This document shows positions 26,592-33,204 of a DNA stretch of 45,130 nucleotides, piece after piece; within the stretch, counting starts at the first letter, position 1, and the number at the start of each line of letters is the position of its first letter. This DNA is from Oscillospiraceae bacterium. Its GTDB lineage: Bacteria; Bacillota; Clostridia; Oscillospirales; CAG-272. The notes below the pieces were generated by a model. It saw nothing but the letters and a program-made list of their open reading frames with translations. It did no database searches and was not told the DNA's origin. Location of the stretch: contig SVTB01000002.1 of assembly GCA_015064015.1 (NCBI GenBank), positions 1 through 45,130 on the forward strand, read 5' to 3'. A program made the translations under genes and the position numbers.

Positions 26592-27218
26592 TTATCTGTC
26601 AATCGCCCCGTATCTGTCAAGCTCCCCGTACAGGGGATAGTCCGACCTGAACATAGGCACGTAGGCTTCATCGTCGCCGTCCAAGTGCGCGCGGCAGTAA
26701 GGGATCAGTCCCGAATTTCGGAGTGCCTCGGTATCCTCAAGGTAGACTGCAATGGCCACCCCTCGGAATTTACGGGGGAACTTCTTGGTTTTGCTATTTC
26801 GCATTTGCATAACCTCCGGAGAAAAATAGAAACGGTATGCCGTGCCGTGGTATTTCACATAACCCCAATAAGAAAATCCCCAATCCTTGATCTCCGACCA
26901 ACGTATGATCACGGGCTTTTGGCGACGGTAACAGACGGTGATGCCATCCTCGTCCAGCCGCCACGGCGTTGTGGCGAAATCCTCCGCGACCAAGGAGAAG
27001 ACAATCCCCGCACCGCAAAAGCAAGCCATCACGATGAAAAGAATCATGCCCGGAAGCTCCTTCACCACGAAGGAAAAGACGATCGCACCGCTTGCACAAA
27101 ACAAAAAATAAACCGAAGACATACAGAGCAAAAAGATTCGGCTGAAATTCGCGCCTCGCGCGCGGAGATGGTAGCCTCCCTCGGGGAGCTTGGTAATGTC
27201 AAGACGGAATTTTTTCAT
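26592..27218 (-). CDS. Uncharacterised 2-TM protein, paralog 3 of 4 (208 aa).
   Basis: N-terminus MKKFRLDITKLPEGGYHL. Motifs GITVCY, WSEIKDWG and YCRAH. AAAGGAG RBS. Confidence 0.75.
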   Translation of the reverse strand: MKKFRLDITKLPEGGYHLRARGANFSRIFLLCMSSVYFLFCASGAIVFSFVVKELPGMILFIVMACFCGAGIVFSLVAEDFATTPWRLDEDGITVCYRRQKPVIIRWSEIKDWGFSYWGYVKYHGTAYRFYFSPEVMQMRNSKTKKFPRKFRGVAIAVYLEDTEALRNSGLIPYCRAHLDGDDEAYVPMFRSDYPLYGELDRYGAIDR

Positions 27219-27258
27219 AGGAGGCTCCTTTCAGAAAATGTATAGCGGTTCAATGCTT

Positions 27259-28263
27259 TCACACAGCCACCGCCACCGCGACGATCACCGACAAAAAGGC
27301 AATAATGAACGACCCCCATCCGATCATATACCAATGATCAAAGACGGTCCGCTCCTCCTCGGGGATGGAAAGACGGTCTGACATATTTGCAAAAATAACG
27401 TTGACCACGATAAAATGGAGTGCCAGCGGTATGATCCCGATGCAAAGAATGCCCCCAAACCAAAGACCGAAGACCACGTTCAAAGCGGCATAGACCAGAT
27501 GGACGGCAGCATTGACACGGCAATAGGCGGTCATCACCCTCGCCTTTCGGTTGGTGAAAAGCGTTTTGATACGGACTTTGGTCGGAGCTTCGGCGGTTTG
27601 CTGCTCCACAACCTTTTTGTACGCCTTGCGTTGTTCAAGAAACAAGAGAATACCAACACCCGCAAACCCGCCAAAGCCCACCATCCAGCACAGACCGAAG
27701 TTAAAGATCCAATGCCACCAAGGGCGGGACACGATGGTCGTAAGATTCCCATCGGCATCGGCACGATAGACCTGATAGGTACTGAAATAGATCTCTCCCG
27801 CTTGAAATTCCCCCGTGGATTCGTTTTCCCAATCATAGGAAAGATCGAGGGAATTACTGGGGATTTTTCGGATAAATGCACCGCTTTGGGCATTGTAAAT
27901 ATAGGCATTGTCGTTGCCGTAGATCACCAATTCCTCGGGGTGGATCTCAAAATAGGCGTTTCTCAAATAGGGCGTGGAGACCGCCCAGAGAAACTCACCG
28001 TTTTCGGTGTATGCGTTGACGTAGGAAGCGTCGTTATAGCACACGTAGATCATACCGAGGGGCTCGTGATGCAAAACCGTCTTTATCTCGTCGGGGGCGG
28101 TCAGCTCGGGCTGGAGGTTTTCATAGTCTTGGGTGTCCACCATGCAAAGGCTTCGACCGATCACCCCCATAACCCCTGAGGCAAAGATCATGAAAATGAA
28201 AAGATAGACAAGGGGGATCTTGAAGAGGTCTTTGCATTTGAATCTGATCTTATTGTTTTCCAT
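27259..28263 (-). CDS. Uncharacterised polytopic membrane protein, 334 aa: N-terminal TM helix, beta-rich extracytoplasmic domain of about 170 aa, then 3-4 C-terminal TM helices.
   Basis: Hydrophobic segments IPLVYLFIFMIFASGVMGVIG, WWHWIFNFGLCWMVGFGGFAGVGILLFL, VVFGLWFGGILCIGIIPLALHFIVV and IGWGSFIIAFLSVIVAVAVAV. AAAGGGAAG RBS. Confidence 0.7.
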   Translation of the reverse strand: MENNKIRFKCKDLFKIPLVYLFIFMIFASGVMGVIGRSLCMVDTQDYENLQPELTAPDEIKTVLHHEPLGMIYVCYNDASYVNAYTENGEFLWAVSTPYLRNAYFEIHPEELVIYGNDNAYIYNAQSGAFIRKIPSNSLDLSYDWENESTGEFQAGEIYFSTYQVYRADADGNLTTIVSRPWWHWIFNFGLCWMVGFGGFAGVGILLFLEQRKAYKKVVEQQTAEAPTKVRIKTLFTNRKARVMTAYCRVNAAVHLVYAALNVVFGLWFGGILCIGIIPLALHFIVVNVIFANMSDRLSIPEEERTVFDHWYMIGWGSFIIAFLSVIVAVAVAV

Positions 28264-28282
28264 GGACTTCCCTTTCGCGGCT

Positions 28283-29131
28283 TTAAATCAACCGCAGCTT
28301 CTCCGCCACCCGCTTGCCGTCAAAGATGATATAGCTGTGGCTGTCGTCGTCATATCCCACGTGGATCTCGTGGCCGTCCACCGTGGCACAAAGATCGTGT
28401 TCAAACTCAATCACAGACTTCATCTCGTCGTAGACCACGCCGTTCACGATCAGCTCGTTGGTACTACCCACGCGGCGATAGCAGATGCGGTAGTACCCAA
28501 CCGTCTTTTCCAGCAGGATCTTGCATTTGATCCCCATGTTGGCGCGGCGCAGACCCGTATCGTCCACGCCGTGGGTTCGTCTTTTGTCACGCTTTTTCAA
28601 GCGGTCGGCTTCTTTGCGTTTATGGGTCGATTGGATGACGGCGTAGACAATGAAGAACACACCGCAAAAGATCACGAAAACACCGATGAAAATATAGCCG
28701 TTGTCGAAGGCATCCAGCTCCTCTTGGGAGGTCTCGAAATTCATCAGTTCTTGGGTGTCGGTTTTGATCTCCACCACGTAGCCGTTGTTGGGATTGACCA
28801 TCAAGTAAAGCCGCGTGCCTTTCTCCAGGGAATTCATGGCCTTGCGGAGATCCGAGCTTTCGGTGTGGGGGTAGATCTCGTACGTTGATCCATCCGTGAA
28901 GTGGATGGTACAGTCATTCCGCGCGGTCGTGTATTTTTCGAACTTTCCCTCATAAGCGACGGCCTCTTCACGGGGGATGGGCTTGTTATCCTGTTGCGGA
29001 ATGATAAAGAAAACGCCCATGAGAAAGCACAAAAGCGCAACGATCAGGGTGGCGGGCAGAGAATTCAAGATAGTATCTGCCATGGCGCTCTTAGAGTTTC
29101 TGTACTCGCTGTTTTTCTTGTTCTTTTTCAT
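28283..29131 (-). CDS. Uncharacterised bitopic/2-TM protein, 282 aa, with a basic juxtamembrane stretch and a C-terminal beta-rich domain.
   Basis: TM helices LPATLIVALLCFLMGVFFII and YIFIGVFVIFCGVFFIVYAVI. Basic stretch HKRKEADRLKKRDKRR. C-terminal motifs ELIVNGVVYDE and YIIFDGKRV. AAAGGAG RBS. Confidence 0.7.
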   Translation of the reverse strand: MKKNKKNSEYRNSKSAMADTILNSLPATLIVALLCFLMGVFFIIPQQDNKPIPREEAVAYEGKFEKYTTARNDCTIHFTDGSTYEIYPHTESSDLRKAMNSLEKGTRLYLMVNPNNGYVVEIKTDTQELMNFETSQEELDAFDNGYIFIGVFVIFCGVFFIVYAVIQSTHKRKEADRLKKRDKRRTHGVDDTGLRRANMGIKCKILLEKTVGYYRICYRRVGSTNELIVNGVVYDEMKSVIEFEHDLCATVDGHEIHVGYDDDSHSYIIFDGKRVAEKLRLI

Positions 29132-29287
29132 GAAGGCTCCTTTCGAGAGGGTTTCACTTATATATAAACGCTAAAGAATTGAAAATCTTACAAATTCACA
29201 ATCACTTCTTCGGGATCCACCACCTCACAGCCAATGGCAAAGAGGGCTACCTCCCAAGGGGCTTTTTCTGCCCTTACCAACCCTTGA

Positions 29288-29845
29288 TTACCCCTGCTTC
29301 GCCGTCAGCCATCGGTCCCGCTCTGCGGGGGCACTGTCCCCTTGGGAGGCGGCGATATGAGTGCGGCAGTAGGAAAGAAAGCCGGATTCCTCCAGTACTT
29401 CACGGTCGAACTTGACCAGCTCAATGATGTGGGAGCAGGTGGAGGCATCCTCGGCAGTGACGCGGGGGACGTTTGAGAAGAACAGGAGCGTGCGGGGGTG
29501 GTATAGACTGTAGCGTCCCTTATGGAGGACGACGACGGTGCCCCAATCCTTCACTTCAGCCCAGCGGAGCAACTCGTCCTCACGGGCACGCTTGTTGTGG
29601 ACGCGAATGCCCTCACTTGTGACGGTGAGACGGCACCGCCGCTCGCGGATGATGGCCTTAAGGCCTGCCGCGTAGAGGAGGGCACAGCCCGCCAACATGA
29701 GGAGAGTCTCGGGAAAGTAGCGAGAGAGGTCGGAGAGGGTCAGGATCAATCCCAGGGTGGCGGCGGCCAAAATAACGGAGGAGATCACGGTCTCGGAGGG
29801 GGCGTGGCGAAGAATATAGCCGTTGGGTGCCTGATCAATTTTCAT
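29288..29845 (-). CDS. Uncharacterised 2-TM protein, paralog 4 of 4 (185 aa); first gene after flotillin.
   Basis: Starts MKIDQAPNGYIL. Motifs GIRVH, WAEVKDWG and YCRTH. GAAAGGAG RBS. Confidence 0.75.
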   Translation of the reverse strand: MKIDQAPNGYILRHAPSETVISSVILAAATLGLILTLSDLSRYFPETLLMLAGCALLYAAGLKAIIRERRCRLTVTSEGIRVHNKRAREDELLRWAEVKDWGTVVVLHKGRYSLYHPRTLLFFSNVPRVTAEDASTCSHIIELVKFDREVLEESGFLSYCRTHIAASQGDSAPAERDRWLTAKQG

Positions 29846-29873
29846 GGCGGCTCCTTTCTATGTGTGAGTGGGT

Positions 29874-29953
29874 GATACAGAGATACGACATACCAGATAC
29901 CACGCAAGGCGGGTCACGGCCCACCCGTATCTTATATCTCGTATCCTTGTATC
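29874..29953. promoter_or_regulatory. Mirror-symmetric pentamer array: GATAC-3-GATAC-2-CATAC-2-GATAC, a 26-nt GC-rich centre, then GTATC-2-ATATC-2-GTATC-3-GTATC.
   Basis: Pentamers start at 29874, 29882, 29889 and 29896, and at 29927, 29934, 29941 and 29949. The 27-nt arms are complementary at 22 of 27 positions. The centre holds a CGGGT-CACGGCC-ACCCG hairpin. The array lies between the flotillin terminator and the RBS of 29288..29845. Confidence 0.6.
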
Positions 29954-29954
29954 T

Positions 29955-29990
29955 AAAAAATTGCCCCCTCCCCCATTACGGGAGAGGGGG
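29955..29990 (-). terminator. Intrinsic terminator of the flotillin gene.
   Basis: On the minus strand: CCCCCTCTCCC-GTAATG-GGGGAGGGGG followed by CAATTTTTT. Confidence 0.8.
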
Positions 29991-30034
29991 TGACTCCGAC
30001 AGGATCCATCCTGCCGCTTGGGTCTATCTAAGAA

Positions 30035-31525
30035 TTACTTCTTTTCTTCGGTTGCGGCTGCGGCCTTACCGCCCACGAAACCGGAGATCATGCTCTTGAC
30101 GTCCAGGCCGGTGGCTTCCTCCAGGCCTTCCATGATCTGGTTGGAGGAGTTCATGACGTCACGCAGCAGCTTGGTGGAATTGCCGTCGCCGTACATAACG
30201 ATCTTGTCGGTCTGTGCCAGGGGTGCGGCGGCGTTCTTGACCACCTCGGGGAGTGCCTGCAGGTACATTTCCAAGACGGAGGCTTCGCCCATCTTCTTCT
30301 GAGCTTCTGCCTTCTTCTCGATGGCCTCTGCCTCGGCAAGACCCACGGCGCGGATACCTTCCGCTTCCTTCATCTTGGCGTAAGCCTCAGCCTCTGCGAT
30401 GGCGCGCTTGGCCTCAGCCTGACGCTCCTGCTCGTACTTCTCGGCTTCCGCAGCCTTCATACGAGCCATAGCGGCCTGCTCTTCCTCGTAACGCTTTGCC
30501 TCGGATTCCTTCTGACGGCGGATGAGATCTGCTTCGGCTCTCTTCTCGGCCTCGTACTTGAGTGCGTCGGCCTTCTTTTTGATCTCTGCGTCCAGCTTCT
30601 TTTCCTGGAGAGCGATCTCTTTTTCGAACAGCTCGGCTTCCTTTTCACGGCGAGCGATATCAGCATTGGCGGAGGTGACTTCGATGGTCTTTCTCTGCTC
30701 CTGCTTCTGGATATCGTAAGCGGCGTCGGCTTCTGCCTTCTTGATGTCGGCGTCTTTCTTCAGCTCTGCCTCACGGATGGCCAGGGTGGTGTTCTGCTCG
30801 GCGATGCGCTGGTTGGCCTCCACGGCCACTTTGTTGGCAGACTCGCGGGCGTTGGCCTCGGCGATGGCGATGTCACGGGCGGCCTCAGCCTTGGCAATTT
30901 GGGCAGCCTTGCGGATCTGCTCCACGTTATCAATACCCATGTTCTCGATGGTGCCTGCGCCGTCCTTGAAGTTCTGAATATTGAAGTTGACGATCTCAAT
31001 ACCCAGCTTCATCATATCAGGGATGGCATTTTCCTTGATCTTTTCAGCGACGATCTGACGCTCCTGAACCATTTCCTTCAGGCCCACGGAGCCTACGATC
31101 TCACGCATATTACCTTCCAGCACCTGGGTGACCAGGAAGATGAGCTGACGCTGATCCATGCCAAGGAGAGCCTCAGCGGCCTTCTCCAAAAGCTCGGGGT
31201 TAGAGGAAATCTTGATGTTGGCGACACCGTCTACGGTGACGTTGATGAACTCGTTGGTGGGGATGGCTTCACTGGTCTTGATGTCCACCTGCATGACGTC
31301 CAGAGACAGTTTATCCAGACGCTCGATGAGGGGGATGCGGATGCCGGCTTTACCAATCAGGATCTTCTTCTTTTTGCGAACACCGGAGATGATGTACGCA
31401 CGGTTCGGGGGGGCCTTGACGTAGCCTGCGATAAAGAACAGCAGGATGAAGGCGGCAACGCCGATGATGATCCCTATGACATAGTTGGGCAGAGCCAATG
31501 CCATGAGACTGATGTGGTTGAACAT
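30035..31525 (-). CDS. floT: Flotillin-family SPFH (band 7) protein, 496 aa.
   Basis: N-terminal hydrophobic hairpin. The SPFH domain includes YVKAPPNRAYIISG and VDGVANIKI. A long Ala/Glu/Lys-rich flotillin-repeat coiled coil follows. AAAGGAGG RBS. Confidence 0.85.
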   Translation of the reverse strand: MFNHISLMALALPNYVIGIIIGVAAFILLFFIAGYVKAPPNRAYIISGVRKKKKILIGKAGIRIPLIERLDKLSLDVMQVDIKTSEAIPTNEFINVTVDGVANIKISSNPELLEKAAEALLGMDQRQLIFLVTQVLEGNMREIVGSVGLKEMVQERQIVAEKIKENAIPDMMKLGIEIVNFNIQNFKDGAGTIENMGIDNVEQIRKAAQIAKAEAARDIAIAEANARESANKVAVEANQRIAEQNTTLAIREAELKKDADIKKAEADAAYDIQKQEQRKTIEVTSANADIARREKEAELFEKEIALQEKKLDAEIKKKADALKYEAEKRAEADLIRRQKESEAKRYEEEQAAMARMKAAEAEKYEQERQAEAKRAIAEAEAYAKMKEAEGIRAVGLAEAEAIEKKAEAQKKMGEASVLEMYLQALPEVVKNAAAPLAQTDKIVMYGDGNSTKLLRDVMNSSNQIMEGLEEATGLDVKSMISGFVGGKAAAATEEKK

Positions 31526-31673
31526 AGTGGTTCCTCCTTTAAATTTTTTCGATGGCTATGTACCGTCCATGGGACGGCAGGGATCCGATGGCTGTGTCAC
31601 GGCGGTTGCAACCGTCGTGACGGTGGTCTCGGATACCACAGCATCGGACGCAGCTGCAAGGCCACCCGATGTT
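31526..31673 (-). promoter_or_regulatory. Highly structured 5' leader of about 150 nt in front of floT (unclassified).
   Basis: Nested stems on the minus strand: CATCGG..CCGATG, CTGTG..CACAG, GTCACG-ACGGTTGCAACCGC-CGTGAC and CCGTCC-CATG-GGACGG. CATCG(G) occurs three times against one CCGATG, which allows alternative pairings. Confidence 0.35.
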
Positions 31674-31679
31674 GTAATT

Positions 31680-31708
31680 ATTATATCACACGGTCACGCG
31701 ATTGTCAA
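31680..31708 (-). promoter_or_regulatory. Consensus sigma-A promoter for floT.
   Basis: On the minus strand: TTGACA (31708..31703), 17 nt, TATAAT (31685..31680). Confidence 0.7.
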
Positions 31709-31865
31709 TAGGAATTCAAAGAATTTTCGCGTAGTTTTCAAATTTCGGCATTTTCGCTATATTTCCAAAGGGCGATTTGTGTATATTGAGGGTGGGTTAT
31801 ATAGGTCCGTATGATGCAGACGATTTTTTCTAACAGAATCGCCTATAAAAATGAAAAATCCCCCC

Positions 31866-31906
31866 AAAAAGCAAAACGCTTCCCCCTTTGGAAGAAGCGT
31901 TTTTTA
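31866..31906 (-). terminator. Intrinsic terminator after the XRE-S24 repressor gene.
   Basis: AACGCTTC (31875..31882) pairs with GAAGCGTT (31894..31901). On the minus strand it is followed by TTTTGCTTTTTG. Confidence 0.7.
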
Positions 31907-31915
31907 CGATCATTT

Positions 31916-32896
31916 TTATTTTCTCTTCAATTTCCCTACCACACGGCCGCAACAGCTCACGTCGGAAAAATCCTTCAGCATGATGGGTGCGTAAGCGGTA
32001 TTGAGGGAAACCAACCGATCTCCGGCATATTTTTTGAAGTAGCCCGAGCCGTCCAAAACGAAAATACCCAGCTCGCCCTCTTCCACAAAATCACAGCTTT
32101 CCACCAGCAAAACGTCGCCCGAATGATACTTGGGCTCCATGCTGTCACCCGAAATACGCAACGCGTAGTCGGCCTCGCGGGTCTTAGGCGCATCGGGAAT
32201 GAAAATATCCGTTCCCGTATTCTCGGACAAAAACTCGCCCACGCCGGCAGATACCGGCATATCGTACAGGGAAATCTTCCGTCTGCCCACACCGGCAGGC
32301 AAAGAGCCTCGGATGATCCGCCGTTCGGGTGCAGCAGCTTCGGCAACCGGCACAACGGGCGCGGGACGAACCGTTGCAACGACGGCAGCGGGCGTTTCAG
32401 CTTCGGGAGACTCGGAGGTTTCAAACTGATATCGGAAGGATTCACTTTGCTTGATAGCGGCCGCCACGGCACGTTGAGCCGCATCCCCTCGACGCCCCCT
32501 GCGATTAACCTGCTGCTGTTCAGCCAAATTGCGGAGCAATAGCGCTTCCTCTGCGGCCTGGCGAGTACTGCGGTCACGCTCCTTCTCAGCAACGGTAACC
32601 ACCATGGAACGGCCGTAGGCATCCAGCAAGCGGTAGTTTTCCACCAAATGAATTTCATCGGCGTCCAATGTATAATTGTTGGTATTCTCCGGCTCACCCG
32701 TCATCAAATAATCCAAAGAACATTCCAAAGCGCGGCAAATGGCCACCATGTTCACAAGCTTGGGAGAATCGCTGATACCCGCCAGCAATTTGGACAGAGT
32801 TCCCAGGGGAATCCCCGTCATATCCGACAGCTTTTCGTTGGTGATTTTTCTCTCGCTTTTGATTTTTTTGATTCTATCCAGATAGGTTTCCTGCAT
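31916..32896 (-). CDS. XRE-family HTH repressor fused to an S24 (LexA/CI-like) self-cleaving peptidase domain through a low-complexity linker of about 130 aa.
   Basis: The HTH is ITNEKLSDMTGIPLGTLSKLLAG. The S24 domain has the cleavage-site region PVSAGVGEF, the Ser motif GDSMEP and the Lys region GYFKKY. The MQETY start at 32896 is chosen over the ORF-track start at 33061. Confidence 0.8.
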   Translation of the reverse strand: MQETYLDRIKKIKSERKITNEKLSDMTGIPLGTLSKLLAGISDSPKLVNMVAICRALECSLDYLMTGEPENTNNYTLDADEIHLVENYRLLDAYGRSMVVTVAEKERDRSTRQAAEEALLLRNLAEQQQVNRRGRRGDAAQRAVAAAIKQSESFRYQFETSESPEAETPAAVVATVRPAPVVPVAEAAAPERRIIRGSLPAGVGRRKISLYDMPVSAGVGEFLSENTGTDIFIPDAPKTREADYALRISGDSMEPKYHSGDVLLVESCDFVEEGELGIFVLDGSGYFKKYAGDRLVSLNTAYAPIMLKDFSDVSCCGRVVGKLKRK

Positions 32897-32929
32897 GGCA
32901 CATCCCCCGATGATTCTTTCTTTGGAATT

Positions 32930-32957
32930 ATTATAGCACATAATTTGCGATTTGTAA
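32930..32957 (-). promoter_or_regulatory. Sigma-A promoter with extended -10 (TTACAA-16-TGcTATAAT) for the repressor gene.
   Basis: On the minus strand: TTACAA (32957..32952) and TGC-TATAAT (-10 at 32935..32930). Confidence 0.55.
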
Positions 32958-33111
32958 AGGGGTTTTCCAAAATTTGTTCCGATTTTTGACATTTCCGTTT
33001 TGCGAAACCCTTTTTTCTTCCTCCTGCTTTTCCGGAGCGGCAAATCATGGACTCGAGACACAAGAATTTTGTGAACTTTTCATTTTTTACATATAATTCA
33101 CGGGTTTCATA

Positions 33112-33140
33112 TTGCATTTTTTCAAACCTTATGTTATACT
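33112..33140 (+). promoter_or_regulatory. Sigma-A promoter (TTGCAT-17-TATACT) for the DUF1846 gene.
   Basis: TTGCAT at 33112..33117 and TATACT at 33135..33140. Confidence 0.5.
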
Positions 33141-33204
33141 AAATATGTATTTTTTATTTATCGGGGAAGGATGGTGCTCGTCTTCGGCGGGCGGGAATGA
33201 CATT

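Noticed and set aside
29288-29845. The first gene after floT considered as the missing NfeD partner of flotillin.
   Set aside because: It lacks the NfeD-type C-terminal OB-fold motifs and lies downstream rather than upstream of floT. It clearly belongs to the four-member paralog family instead.
30253-30999. Several overlapping 60-80-aa ORFs in multiple frames.
   Set aside because: They are by-products of the Ala/Glu/Lys-rich coiled-coil coding region of flotillin.
31811-32542. 243-aa plus-strand ORF.
   Set aside because: It is antisense to the XRE-S24 gene and starts inside that gene's terminator region.
31916-32896. The CI/LexA-like repressor as a marker of a prophage.
   Set aside because: No integrase, Cro/antirepressor, capsid, tail or lysis genes occur anywhere in the window. 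The neighbours are floT and a DUF1846 gene.
32955-32985. Possible Firmicute LexA/SOS box near CGGAACAAATTTTGG upstream of the repressor promoter.
   Set aside because: Only one GAAC half-site is present. It does not fit CGAAC-N4-GTTCG.
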